DNA of 64,000 bases from Thermoflexia bacterium (lineage in GTDB: Bacteria > Chloroflexota > Anaerolineae > B4-G1 > DUEL01): assembly GCA_011192125.1 (NCBI GenBank), contig DUEL01000019.1, forward strand, positions 2,374-66,373, read 5' to 3'. The position numbers and the translations under genes were made by a program. Under the pieces are notes generated by a model. It was not told the origin of the DNA. It was given only the letters and a program-made list of their open reading frames with translations, and did no database searches. Within the stretch, counting starts at the first letter, position 1. Each line of letters starts with the position of its first letter. Below are positions 45,536-55,235 of the stretch, one piece after another.

Positions 45536-46446
45536 CACCGCTCCGCTGGGGAGACGGAACCTTGAGGGATCCTCAGGCCCCTGTCGCAGCCGACCGAAAA
45601 ACAGAGGAGATCGTAGGCTTATCGGTGGGAGAGGCCCTGATCGAAGGGGCGGACCGCCTGCAAGCCACCACCGACACTCCGCGTCTGGAGGCGGAGACCC
45701 TCCTGGCCCACACCACCGGCCTCCCCCGAACGACGTTGCTCGCCTACCCCGAGCGACGGCTTGACCCGACGGCGGTCCACCGTTACCGAGCCCTGCTCGA
45801 CCGCCGGGCCGCGGGGTACCCCCTGCCCTACCTGACCGGCCACGTCGAATTCTACGGCCTGGACCTCATCGTCACGCCCAGCGTGCTGATCCCCCGACCC
45901 GAGACGGAGACGCTCGTGGACCTGGCCCTCGCACACCGCCCGCGACTGGTGGTGGATGTGGGGACCGGAAGTGGGTGCATCGCCGTAGCCCTGGCCGTCC
46001 ATCTGCCAGAGACACGGGTGTATGGCACCGACATCTCCGCAACCGCACTGCGGGTGGCAGCCGCCAACGCCCGCCGCCATAGAGTGTCCAACCGGATCCA
46101 CTTCATCCAATGCGATCTGATCGCCCCCCTCTTTGGCCCAGTGGACCTGGTGGTGGCCAATCCTCCCTATGTGGCGGCGGGGGAATGGGCCGACCTGCCC
46201 CACTCGATCCGCGAGCACGAACCCCACATCGCCCTGGACGGCGGTCCGGATGGGCTGGACATCATCCGCCGGCTCCTGAAATCCGCCCCCCGCATCCTCC
46301 GACCAGGCGGTGCCCTTCTGATCGAGATCGGCGCGACGCAGGGACAGGCCACGATGGATCTGGTCCACGCCCTTTGGCCTTCGGCGACATCGGTCATTCA
46401 TTCCGACCTTGCTGGGCGGGACCGAGTACTGGAGGTGCAGTGGTGA
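45532..46446 (+). CDS. prmC: Release-factor glutamine N5-methyltransferase
   Basis: GTG start overlapping the prfA stop (GTGA). [15 protein letters not shown] motif and VVANPPYV. Confidence 0.9.
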   Translation: MTPLRWGDGTLRDPQAPVAADRKTEEIVGLSVGEALIEGADRLQATTDTPRLEAETLLAHTTGLPRTTLLAYPERRLDPTAVHRYRALLDRRAAGYPLPYLTGHVEFYGLDLIVTPSVLIPRPETETLVDLALAHRPRLVVDVGTGSGCIAVALAVHLPETRVYGTDISATALRVAAANARRHRVSNRIHFIQCDLIAPLFGPVDLVVANPPYVAAGEWADLPHSIREHEPHIALDGGPDGLDIIRRLLKSAPRILRPGGALLIEIGATQGQATMDLVHALWPSATSVIHSDLAGRDRVLEVQW

Positions 46447-47066
46447 CCGAGGTGATCCGTGCGAGCGAAAAAGGAGCGGTGGAACGGGCCGCCGAGGTAC
46501 TCCGCGATGGCGGCTTGGTCGTCTTTCCGACCGATACCGTCTACGGCCTGGCAGCACACCCGGGCGATCGCCAAGCGGTCGCCCGGATTTACGAGGCGAA
46601 GGGACGGAACACCAGCCGCCCCATCGCCCTGCTGCTTTCCGACCTCGAACATCTCCCGACGGTTGCCGTGTTGCCGGATCCGATCCTGCCCCTAACCCGT
46701 CGCTTCTGGCCCGGGGGCCTGACGCTGGTGCTGCCCAAGACCGAAGCGGTGCCCCCCGTCGTAAGCCCTGGTCCTACAGTCGGCGTCCGTATCCCCGACC
46801 TGGACCTGGCGAGGGCCATCATCCGGGCCGCAGGGGGCGTATTGGCGGTCACCAGCGCCAACCTTTCCGGACAACCCGCCGCGCTGACGGCCCAAGAGGC
46901 GCTGGAACAACTGGAAGGGCGGGTAGAGTTGATCGTGGACGGAGGCCCATGCCAAGGCGGTGTCCCCTCCACAGTGGTAGACTGCACCGTCTGGCCGCCG
47001 GCCATCCTGCGGGAGGGGGCCATCCCCGAGACAGAGATCCAGGCGGCCCTGACGTTTGACAAATGA
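46440..47066 (+). CDS. tsaC: L-threonylcarbamoyladenylate synthase (YrdC/TsaC type)
   Basis: GTG start overlapping the prmC stop. LVVFPTDTVYGLAA, VTSANLSGQP. The last 5 codons lie in the heptamer array. Confidence 0.85.
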   Translation: MVTEVIRASEKGAVERAAEVLRDGGLVVFPTDTVYGLAAHPGDRQAVARIYEAKGRNTSRPIALLLSDLEHLPTVAVLPDPILPLTRRFWPGGLTLVLPKTEAVPPVVSPGPTVGVRIPDLDLARAIIRAAGGVLAVTSANLSGQPAALTAQEALEQLEGRVELIVDGGPCQGGVPSTVVDCTVWPPAILREGAIPETEIQAALTFDK

Positions 47067-47119
47067 CGTATGACGTATGACGTATGACACACGACGCATG
47101 ACCCACGATACAAGATACC
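47050..47119. repeat. Heptanucleotide tandem array, ~10 units of TGACGTA type
   Basis: TGACGTT TGACAAA TGACGTA x3 TGACACA CGACGCA TGACCCA CGATACA AGATACC. Contains the tsaC stop codon. Confidence 0.9.
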
Positions 47120-47145
47120 ACCTTTAGGAAAGGAGCACGTCGAGC

Positions 47146-48894
47146 ATGGAACAACGGGGCGTTACGGTCTGGTTCACCGGTCTCTCCGGATCTGGGAAGA
47201 CCACCATCGCCAAGCAGGTCGAGCAGGAACTGCGAAACCGCGGACTGCGGGTGGACCGGCTGGACGGAGATATCGTCCGCCAGGCGCTGACGCGTGACCT
47301 GGGGTTCAGCAAAGAGGACCGAGACAAGAACATCGAACGGGTGACCTTCGTCGCCAAGATGCTCACCAAGAACGGGGTGATCGTCCTGTGCTCGTTCATC
47401 TCCCCCTACCGGGAGCGCCGGGCGAAGACACGGCGGGAGATCGAAGAGGTCGGCACGTTCGTCGAGGTCTATGTGGAGTGCCCCCTGGAGGTTTGTGCGG
47501 AGCGGGACGTCAAGGGACTCTACGCCAAAGCGTTTGCCGGTGAGATCCAGAACTTCACCGGCGTATCCGACCCCTACGAGCCGCCGGAGAACCCGGAGAT
47601 CGTCTGCCACACGGCGGAGGAGACGGTCGAGGAGAGCGCGGCGAAGGTGATCCGTTACCTGGAAGACCACGGACTGATCCCCAAAGTGGAACGGCTCGCG
47701 CCGGAAGTCTATGTCGAGATAGAGGAGACCTACGGCGCTCACAACTACGCCCCGCTGGACGTGATCGTCACCCGTGCCGAGGGGGTGTGGGTGTGGGACG
47801 TGGAGGGGAGGCGGTATATCGACTTCCTCAGCGCTTACTCCGCCCTCAACCAGGGTCACGTCCACCCGCGCATCCTGCGGGCGCTGGTGGACCAGGCCCG
47901 ACGGGTCACCCTCACCTCCCGCGCCTTCCGCAACGACCAGTTGCCCCTGCTGGAGAAGGAACTGTGCGAACTGACCGGCTTTGAGATGATGCTGCCGATG
48001 AACTCCGGCGCGGAGGCGGTGGAGACAGCGCTGAAGGCGGCCCGCAAGTGGGGCTACACCGTCAAGGGGGTCCCACCCGACCGAGCGCAGATCATCACCT
48101 GCGCCGGAAACTTCCACGGGCGGACCATCACCGTCATCAGCTTCTCCACGGAAGAGCAATACCGGGAGGGGTTCGGCCCCTTCACGCCCGGGTTCGTCAC
48201 CATTCCCTACGGCGACGCAGACGCATTGGAGGCAGCCATCACCCCGGAGACCGTCGCCTTTCTGGTAGAGCCCATCCAGGGCGAGGGTGGGATCATCATC
48301 CCGCCCGAGGGGTATCTGCGGCGGGTGCGGGAGATCTGCGACCGACACAACGTCCTCTTCATCGCCGACGAGATCCAGACCGGCCTGGGTCGCACCGGTC
48401 GGCTCCTGGCATGCGATTGGGAGGGAGTTAAACCGGACGTGGTGACCCTGGGCAAGGCCCTGTCCGGCGGTTTCTACCCCGTCTCGGCGGTGCTGGCATC
48501 GCGGGATGTGCTGGGCGTCTTCCGCCCCGGCGACCACGGCTCCACCTTCGGCGGCAACCCCCTGGCCTGCGCTGTAGCGCGGGAAGCCCTGCGGGTTCTG
48601 GTGGAGGAAGGGCTGATCGAACGGGCCGAGGAAATGGGAGCGTATCTGCTGGGCCGATTGCGGCGGATCGAAAGCCCATACGTCAGGGAGATACGGGGCA
48701 AGGGGCTGCTGATCGGCGTCGAACTCACGCCCGAGGCGGGTGGAGCACGTCGCTTCTGCGAGGCGCTGAAGGACAAGGGGGTGCTCTGCAAGGACACCCA
48801 CGACACCGTCATCCGCTTCGCCCCGCCACTGGTGATCACCCGCGAGGAGATCGACTGGGCGGTGGAGCGGGTCGAAGCGGTCCTGACCGAGTAG
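47146..48894 (+). CDS. Fusion: adenylylsulfate (APS) kinase + ornithine/acetylornithine-class aminotransferase
   Basis: Single 582-aa ORF. CysC motifs [56 protein letters not shown]-like [11 protein letters not shown]..., [11 protein letters not shown], and TLGKALSGG with the PLP lysine. Confidence 0.85.
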   Translation: MEQRGVTVWFTGLSGSGKTTIAKQVEQELRNRGLRVDRLDGDIVRQALTRDLGFSKEDRDKNIERVTFVAKMLTKNGVIVLCSFISPYRERRAKTRREIEEVGTFVEVYVECPLEVCAERDVKGLYAKAFAGEIQNFTGVSDPYEPPENPEIVCHTAEETVEESAAKVIRYLEDHGLIPKVERLAPEVYVEIEETYGAHNYAPLDVIVTRAEGVWVWDVEGRRYIDFLSAYSALNQGHVHPRILRALVDQARRVTLTSRAFRNDQLPLLEKELCELTGFEMMLPMNSGAEAVETALKAARKWGYTVKGVPPDRAQIITCAGNFHGRTITVISFSTEEQYREGFGPFTPGFVTIPYGDADALEAAITPETVAFLVEPIQGEGGIIIPPEGYLRRVREICDRHNVLFIADEIQTGLGRTGRLLACDWEGVKPDVVTLGKALSGGFYPVSAVLASRDVLGVFRPGDHGSTFGGNPLACAVAREALRVLVEEGLIERAEEMGAYLLGRLRRIESPYVREIRGKGLLIGVELTPEAGGARRFCEALKDKGVLCKDTHDTVIRFAPPLVITREEIDWAVERVEAVLTE

Positions 48895-49018
48895 GACAGA
48901 GGCGAGACATCCGCTACACAAACACAGAGCCGCCGTCGGACCGGCCGACGGTAGCACGGGCGACGTCGGCCTACTGCACGGCCGGACCCGGCCATAGAAG
49001 CGTGTCCCTCGCCCTGCC
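48894..49018. repeat. Possible degenerate member of the palindromic element family
   Basis: GGACAGAGGCGAGACA ... TGTCCCTCGCCCTGCC with an inner CCGTCGG/CCGACGG hairpin, between convergent genes. Weak call. Confidence 0.35.
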
Positions 49019-49030
49019 CACTCCCTTCGA

Positions 49031-52000
49031 TCAGGCCGCCCTCCCGGTCAGGTAGTCGATCAGCGGGTCGCTGATCAACGGCACGATGTCCGGGAGCATC
49101 TTCGGCATCAGGTTGTCCATCGCCATCGGCATCAGGTCGGGCATCTGCTCCTTCATATGCTGCGGCATCGGCACCCGCTTCTCCACCGCCTCCAGCATGT
49201 CCGGCATCACCTTGCCCATCATCCCCGGCATCATGATCGGGAAAAGGACCGGGAAGAGAGGCTTCATCGCTTTGAGGACCAACCGACCGCCGGGCATCCT
49301 GCCGACGGCCCGCATCATCTTCCCCATCCCCAGTGGCATCGCGTCCACCATCTGGGGGAACAGTTCCTCCATCAACTTGGCCATCGGCTCCGGCTTCATC
49401 AGCCAGATCATCGCCTCAAAGGTGGCCCAGAGGTTGAGGGCGTAGTCGGTGGGATCGGGCAACCGCTGCCCCAGCGCCTCCACCGCGATGTGGGCCAGGT
49501 CGATCACCGGCATATCCCGGTCGGTCTTCTGCATCGTCACCCGGAACTGGACCTCGCAGCAGGGGCAGGAGGCGACCAGTGCCTCCGCGCCGGTCTCCTC
49601 CGCCTCCCGCACCCGGATGTCGCCGATGACCTTGCCGGTGTCGGGATTCTCCAGGAGGGTGAGGACGCCGCCGCAGCAGTGGGCATGCTCTCGATTGTGC
49701 TCCATCTCCACCAGTTCCAGGCCGGGGATCGCCTTCAACACCTCCCGGGGCGGCTCGTAAATACCACCGGCCCGGCCCATGTGGCAGGAGTCGTGCCAGG
49801 TGACCTTCATCTCGACCGGGTGGGTGAACCGCATCTCACCGGCCTTGATCTTCGCGGCGATCAGTTCCGAGTAGTGCTTCACCTCAAAGTCGAAGTCAAT
49901 GCCCAGTTTCTCCGCCCACTCCGGATAATAGACCCTCCAGGAGAGCCAGCAGGCGGGACAGGAGGTGACGACCGTCTTGACGCCGCGTTCCTTCATCCCT
50001 TCGACGTTGTGACGCAGGATGTCGGCGAAATCGTCCCACAACCCCGCCACCAGCATCGGCAGGCCGCAGCAGGCCTCCCCGTCCCCCATATAGGTGAACT
50101 CGATGCCCGCCGCATCCAGCAGCCGAGCCGTCCCCTGGGCCACATCCTGCTCCACATAGGAGGCGGTACAGCCGGGGAAGTAGCCGATCTCGGCCCGCTC
50201 TTTGATCTTGGGCCTGATGTCTTCCGGCACCCAGTTCGCTCGGTCCTTGCTGTAGGAAGCCCAGATGTTCCGCTCCTTCCGGAGAGCAGCCCGCATGATC
50301 TCGAAAGGCGGGAAGGTCATGTGGCCCTGCTCGTGGATGAGGACCCCCCGCATCTGGAGCCAGGAGGGCTCGTTGGGCAACTCCAGCGGGCACTCGACGT
50401 TGCAGGTCTCGCAGGTAGTGCAGGCGAGGAACTTGTTGACCCAGGTCTGATCGAACTTCGCCCTGCCCTCCAGATACTCCCGGAGGAAGAACCACTTGGC
50501 GCGGGGGGAGAAAGACTCCCAACCCCGCCCGTAGAACTCGTCACACTCGTCGACGCAGTAGCCACACTGGGCACAGGCGTAGGCGTACCAGGCTACATCG
50601 TCGGGGATGTCCCGCCTGCCCGCCCCCTGGGGCCGCTCGCCGATCGGTGCCCTGGCCGCGTTCCCCACCGCCCGCACCAGCGGCTCGAAGGCCCCGGCCA
50701 CGCTCATAAAGGTGCCCAAGAGGCCGTTGCCCAGAATCTTGCCGGGGTTCATGATCCCCTTGGGGTCCACCTTCCGTTTGAACTCCCGCAACCGCCGGAC
50801 CCGGTCGGCCCCCAGGATGTTCTTGGCCTCGTGAGCGAAGTAGAGGCCGCTGGCGTAAGCCCGCCCACCGTGCTTCTTGGCCTTCTGGATAGCGGAGAGG
50901 GAGAGGGCGAAGGCCAGATTGAAAGTGAACCGGCGGCTGTCGTGGGGAATGAAGCCCAAGAGAATCACCTGCCCGCCTTTGGCGACCATTCCCTCGATGA
51001 CCAGCGGCTGGTGGATACTTCCTTCCAGATCGGCCAGCGCCTCGTCCAGAGTCTCCAGCGGCAGAACGACCTCGGTGGGGATAAGGGAAGGCCCGAGTCG
51101 CTTGATGTGCATAATCTTGAACCGCTCCTCCCACTCGTGCTCGGCCAACTCCGGAAGGAGCCGCTCGCCGCCATGCTTGGCGATGATACGCTCCAGATCC
51201 TGCCGCACCTCACCTTCCCGCGAGGCCGGGAAGACGAAGATCGCCAGATATGCTTCGGGCAGTTTGGGGCGGTGCTCGTCGTGGGCCGGATGTCCGTGCT
51301 CCATCTTGGGAGGACGCCGGTTCTTCAACCGGGCCATCTGTGGGTTGATGAAACTAATCGACCAGAGGGGGAGGCCCGCTTCGACCACCTCCCGCAACGC
51401 CGCCGCCAGCCAGCGGACCTCGCTGAAGCGGGCGCCGACCACGACCTCCTCCTCCAGCGGCCGGACGCGCAGCGTGATCCGGGTGATGATGCCGGTGATC
51501 CCCTCCGTGTCGGCGATCAGGGAGAGATCCTCTCCGGAGAATTCCCGCACCTCGCCGTTGGGGAGCACGACGCGGGCGGAGACGACGTTCTCAGGGAAGG
51601 AACCGTACTCAAACGAGCCATAGCCAAAGCCACCCTGCGCCAACCACCCACCGACAGTGGAGGAGGGGGCACTGGAGGGGTACAGACGGAGGGCCAGCCC
51701 CTGTTTCGCCAACTCCCGCTCCAGGTTCTCCCACACCAGCCCGGGCTGAACGGTCACGGTGAGGTTCTCCCTGTCGATCTCCAGGATCGACCGCATCCGC
51801 CAGAAATCGACGGTGATCCCTCCCTTCACCGGCAGGACCCCACCGTAGCCGGAGGTGGCCTTGCCACGTGGAACCAGGGGGATGCGGTTCTGCGCGGCCC
51901 AACGGACCAATTCGACGATCTCGTCCTCGCTCTCAGGTTGGACCACGGCGTCGGCCAGGGCCCTGCCGATCAGCGGTTTGACCAGCGGCGGCATCTCCCC

Positions 52001-52102
52001 CACGTCGTGGCTGTAGATCCTCCGTTCCATCAGGTCGGTGCTGACCCGATTGTGGAACCGCTCCCGGAGCCAGGATTCCTGTTCGACTGTCAATCCTCCC
52101 AT
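49031..52102 (-). CDS. YdiJ-like fused FAD-linked oxidase + Fe-S/CCG-domain oxidoreductase with Met-rich C-terminal tail
   Basis: Start set at MGGLTVEQ behind GGTGAGGAG. GlcD-like FAD domain, two ferredoxin-type Cys clusters (CAQCGYCVDEC, CTTCETCNVEC), CCG motifs (ACCGLP, HCCGG). The final ~130 aa are very Met-rich. Confidence 0.85.
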   Translation of the reverse strand: MGGLTVEQESWLRERFHNRVSTDLMERRIYSHDVGEMPPLVKPLIGRALADAVVQPESEDEIVELVRWAAQNRIPLVPRGKATSGYGGVLPVKGGITVDFWRMRSILEIDRENLTVTVQPGLVWENLERELAKQGLALRLYPSSAPSSTVGGWLAQGGFGYGSFEYGSFPENVVSARVVLPNGEVREFSGEDLSLIADTEGITGIITRITLRVRPLEEEVVVGARFSEVRWLAAALREVVEAGLPLWSISFINPQMARLKNRRPPKMEHGHPAHDEHRPKLPEAYLAIFVFPASREGEVRQDLERIIAKHGGERLLPELAEHEWEERFKIMHIKRLGPSLIPTEVVLPLETLDEALADLEGSIHQPLVIEGMVAKGGQVILLGFIPHDSRRFTFNLAFALSLSAIQKAKKHGGRAYASGLYFAHEAKNILGADRVRRLREFKRKVDPKGIMNPGKILGNGLLGTFMSVAGAFEPLVRAVGNAARAPIGERPQGAGRRDIPDDVAWYAYACAQCGYCVDECDEFYGRGWESFSPRAKWFFLREYLEGRAKFDQTWVNKFLACTTCETCNVECPLELPNEPSWLQMRGVLIHEQGHMTFPPFEIMRAALRKERNIWASYSKDRANWVPEDIRPKIKERAEIGYFPGCTASYVEQDVAQGTARLLDAAGIEFTYMGDGEACCGLPMLVAGLWDDFADILRHNVEGMKERGVKTVVTSCPACWLSWRVYYPEWAEKLGIDFDFEVKHYSELIAAKIKAGEMRFTHPVEMKVTWHDSCHMGRAGGIYEPPREVLKAIPGLELVEMEHNREHAHCCGGVLTLLENPDTGKVIGDIRVREAEETGAEALVASCPCCEVQFRVTMQKTDRDMPVIDLAHIAVEALGQRLPDPTDYALNLWATFEAMIWLMKPEPMAKLMEELFPQMVDAMPLGMGKMMRAVGRMPGGRLVLKAMKPLFPVLFPIMMPGMMGKVMPDMLEAVEKRVPMPQHMKEQMPDLMPMAMDNLMPKMLPDIVPLISDPLIDYLTGRAA

Positions 52103-52129
52103 CGAATACACTCCTCACCTTATGGGTTT

Positions 52130-52204
52130 CCATCACAGAGACACAGGGAACCCAGAAGGCTGGCAGACCCCTGTGTCTCCTGTGTCTCCTGTGTCTCTGT
52201 TGTG
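52130..52204. repeat. Palindromic intergenic element, CTCTGTGTC family
   Basis: CCATCACAGAGACACAGGGAAC ... CCTGTGTCTCCTGTGTCTCCTGTGTCTCTGTTGTG. Confidence 0.85.
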
Positions 52205-52206
52205 CT

Positions 52207-52587
52207 CTACCGCGGAGGGCCGGTGGCCCCCGCGCTTTCTTCGGACGACCGTCCGGCACCCAGCATGGTGGCCTGCCTGGACAGAAGGTCGGCCAGCATC
52301 TCCCGAAGGAGGTCCAGAGCCTCAATGATGCGATGGTCGCTCAGGGAATAGTAGATTGAGGTGCCCTCCCGCTCCGCCCGAACCAGCCCCCGGTCGCGGA
52401 GGATCTTCAGGTGATGGGAGACGGTGGGCTGAGAAACACCGAGCATCCCCGTCAGTTCGGAGACGTTGCGGGGACCGTCGGCGAGAAAGTAGAGGATGAG
52501 GACCCGCTTCGGATCCCCCAACCCCTCGCAGATGTGGGCATGCAGGATGTGAACCTCCCGCTCCAGCCGCTGCCGGGCGCTTTCCAA
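52207..52587 (-). CDS. ArsR/SmtB-family regulator (paralog 1)
   Basis: 126 aa. LHAHICEGLGDPKRVLILYFLADGPRNVSELTGMLGVSQPTVSHHLKILRDRGLV. Confidence 0.85.
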   Translation of the reverse strand: MESARQRLEREVHILHAHICEGLGDPKRVLILYFLADGPRNVSELTGMLGVSQPTVSHHLKILRDRGLVRAEREGTSIYYSLSDHRIIEALDLLREMLADLLSRQATMLGAGRSSEESAGATGPPR

Positions 52588-52667
52588 AGGCGGCCTCCTG
52601 TGGGGACGCTAACTGGGATCGTCGGTGAAATTATACCATATTAAACAAGCAGTGTCAATAGCGAAAT

Positions 52668-52679
52668 ATAGAAATCTAT
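52668..52679. promoter_or_regulatory. Candidate operator: inverted repeat ATAGA-AA-TCTAT
   Basis: In the AT-rich region upstream of ArsR paralog 1. Comparable 5-2-5 repeat upstream of paralog 2. Confidence 0.3.
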
Positions 52680-52791
52680 CGAAATTTGCAGCATCCTCAC
52701 AATGGACGCCCGGTATCCCGACCTGGCGAAAACAGCCACGAACGTGTACAATAGCCACCAAACACAGATCGACCCGGAGGGGGTAAAAGAG

Positions 52792-54030
52792 ATGAATCGG
52801 ACCGTTTGGCTCTCCTTAACCCTTATCCTTGCAACGGGCGCGCTGGCGTTGCTCCTCTGGGGGATCACTCCACCCGCGTCCGCCACCGCCGTGCAGGAAG
52901 TTCACTACGTCGCGCCGGAGGGGGACTGTGGCGGTGTGTCCCCTTGCTACGCCACCATCCAAGAGGCGGTGGACGCCGCCGCTCCTGGCGACGAGATCCG
53001 TGTGGCCCAGGGGGTGTACACCGACACAACCACCCGTCGGTATGGCCTGGGCGGTTTGACCTGGCAGGTGACCCAGACCGTCTTCATCAGCAAAAGCCTC
53101 ATCCTGCGGGGCGGCTACACGACGACCAGCTGGGCCACCGCCCGGCCCTCTCTCTACCCCACCGTGATCAATCCACAGGGGAAGGGACGGGGAATCTACG
53201 TGGTGCTCTCCGCCTTCGACGTCCCACTCAGCGTGACCCTGGAGGGCTTCTCCGTCACAGGCGGTTTCGCCACGGGGGACGGAGGCGGCCTTTATCTCTA
53301 CGCCACTGATGCGCAGATCAGCGGCTGCCACTTCTATGGCAATGAGGGGCAGTCCATCGGCAGCGGGGTCTACCTCTCAACCTATCGCCTCTCCTTTACC
53401 AACAACCTCGTCGAGCGGAACACCGGTGCCACCTACGGTTATGGAGTCGTGGTCAGCGGTGGGAAGGCGACGTTGGAGGGCAACCGGGTGGTGAGCAACT
53501 CCAACGGGCTTTTCCTCTGGAACAGCATCGTGACGATGACCAACAACATCCTGGCAGGCAACGGGGGAAACGGCCTCGCCATCTCCGGCGGTGAGGTGCG
53601 GGCCTGGCATACCACCCTCGCCGATAATCACGGCGAAGCCGTCGACGTGACCAACTCCGGGCAGACGACAGGGAGCCTGGCGATGACCAACACCATCATC
53701 GCCGGGGAGGGGGTCGGTGTGCAGGTCAGATGGTTCGCCACCGTCCGACTGGCGTCCACCCTATGGAATGTTCCCACGCCGACGAAGACAATGGGTGAGG
53801 GATGGAGCCTCACCCACGTCGGCGATCTCACTGGCGACCCCGCCTTCGTCGGCGGAGGCGACTACCATATCACGGCCGGATCGCCAGCCCGGAACCGGGG
53901 GGTTCCATCCTTCGTAAAGTGGGACATCGACGGCGAACCGAGGGATCCGCTACCGGACCTGGGAGCGGATGAGTATCCGGATCCGGGGAGCATCCAGCAG
54001 GTTTACCTACCGCTGATCCAGAAAGAATAG
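52792..54030 (+). CDS. Secreted right-handed beta-helix repeat protein
   Basis: Start at MNRTVWLSLTLILATGALALLL. YVAPEGDCGGVSPCYATIQEAVDAAAPGDEIRVAQGVYT, followed by parallel beta-helix-like repeats. Confidence 0.75.
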   Translation: MNRTVWLSLTLILATGALALLLWGITPPASATAVQEVHYVAPEGDCGGVSPCYATIQEAVDAAAPGDEIRVAQGVYTDTTTRRYGLGGLTWQVTQTVFISKSLILRGGYTTTSWATARPSLYPTVINPQGKGRGIYVVLSAFDVPLSVTLEGFSVTGGFATGDGGGLYLYATDAQISGCHFYGNEGQSIGSGVYLSTYRLSFTNNLVERNTGATYGYGVVVSGGKATLEGNRVVSNSNGLFLWNSIVTMTNNILAGNGGNGLAISGGEVRAWHTTLADNHGEAVDVTNSGQTTGSLAMTNTIIAGEGVGVQVRWFATVRLASTLWNVPTPTKTMGEGWSLTHVGDLTGDPAFVGGGDYHITAGSPARNRGVPSFVKWDIDGEPRDPLPDLGADEYPDPGSIQQVYLPLIQKE

Positions 54031-54034
54031 GGGG

Positions 54035-54781
54035 CTACAGCGCGGTCACCTCGGCGATGTGGCGCAACTTGCGCAACAGCACCAGTTGCTGTCGACCGAT
54101 ACCGGAGAGCGTCTCCCCCAACCGCTCCAGCAGGTCCATCAACCGCTCCGCCGCCTCCGCGTCGCGTCGCCGGATCGAGGGCAGGGCCTCTCGCAGTCGA
54201 TCGACGGGGAGATTGCAGGCGCTGGCCAGTTCCTCGATCCCGGTCTCGATCTCCTCCAGGGCCCCGTCGACGACGATCTGACCGGCGAAGACCATCGCCA
54301 CAAACTCGTCCTCCACCTCGATCCGACCGCGGGCGTAGAGAAGGCCTGCGTGGCAACGGTGCAGCTTTGGACGACGGGCGCGCTGGCTCGCCAAGGCCCT
54401 CCACGACCCGACACACCGCTGGTAGCCCTCAGGGGTACCCAGGATCAGGTTGCAGAACTCGCAAGAATTACTGATCTCCGTCAGCGGCTCACCATCCAAT
54501 CGGGTGACGACGGAGCCGACGTCCATCGCCTCGGCGAAGATAGCCTGGATGGACTGAACGCAGTCCAAAGACAACACGTCAGGGGAGGGTCGGACAGCCG
54601 TTGCGGGCGGCGCTGCCTGTTGCTCCCTCAACCAAGCCTCGATCTCCCTACGGGAGAACCGCCACTGCCCTCCCACCTTGAAGCCCGGCAGTTTACCTTC
54701 GCTGAGGAGGTTGTAGATGGTGGTCCGATCCAGCCGGAGGAACTCCTGCAGTTCTCGCGTCGTCATCAATTCGTCGGCCAT
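54035..54781 (-). CDS. Excisionase/MerR-type HTH + PocR-like sensory domain regulator
   Basis: Start at MADELMTTRELQEFLRLDRTTIYNLLSEGKLPGFKVGGQWRF. PocR-like Cys/His pattern CEFCN...CVGSW...HRCHAGL. Confidence 0.75.
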   Translation of the reverse strand: MADELMTTRELQEFLRLDRTTIYNLLSEGKLPGFKVGGQWRFSRREIEAWLREQQAAPPATAVRPSPDVLSLDCVQSIQAIFAEAMDVGSVVTRLDGEPLTEISNSCEFCNLILGTPEGYQRCVGSWRALASQRARRPKLHRCHAGLLYARGRIEVEDEFVAMVFAGQIVVDGALEEIETGIEELASACNLPVDRLREALPSIRRRDAEAAERLMDLLERLGETLSGIGRQQLVLLRKLRHIAEVTAL

Positions 54782-54895
54782 ATGTCTCCCCTCTACGAGG
54801 GGTATTCTACCACGTTTCCTTCTCCTTTTCAAAGAAAGGTGCGGCGCACCTTCCAAGATGCGTCGCACCTATCCGCCTCGGCAGGGTTCTTCCCG

Positions 54896-55225
54896 CTATT
54901 TCACCGGCTCCACCAGGCGGGCGCCGGGCGGGGGCTTGTGCTCCCTCACCCACTCCTCAAACCACTCCCGGTCGAGCCACTGGATCAGAAGCACTACCCG
55001 ATCCTCCCGCTGGGAGAAGAGGTTGCGCAGTTCGCACACCTCGCGGTAGATCTCCTCCAACGTCTCGTCCATCTCCGCGTAGGGGAGTTCCCCGCCACGC
55101 CACCGCTCCATCTTCTCACAGAGCGGTTCCATCAGGCGGCGCCACCGGTAGTCCCGGTAATCCTCGATCAGCTTCTGTTCCCACCGTTCCACCGACATCC
55201 CGCCGGGGTTCTCATGCTCGCCCAT
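54896..55225 (-). CDS. Hypothetical 109-aa protein
   Basis: ATG at 55225 behind GGAGGTG, 10 nt after the HdrD-like stop. Charged/Trp-rich; no family recognised. Confidence 0.5.
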   Translation of the reverse strand: MGEHENPGGMSVERWEQKLIEDYRDYRWRRLMEPLCEKMERWRGGELPYAEMDETLEEIYREVCELRNLFSQREDRVVLLIQWLDREWFEEWVREHKPPPGARLVEPVK

Positions 55226-55235
55226 CCCACACCTC

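Noticed and set aside
49157-52351. Very long ORFs 49157-52351 (+), 46849-48957 (-), 34873-36384 (-), 20568-22286 (+), 13414-15210 (+), 55884-57227 (+), 59776-60951 (+) and 58520-59716 (+).
   Set aside because: Each is antisense to a gene with strong family motifs (YdiJ-like, CysC-OAT, AOR, rSAM, kinase, HdrD/NarI-like, MoeA, DUF1786). Each has R/P/G/H-rich composition without motifs.
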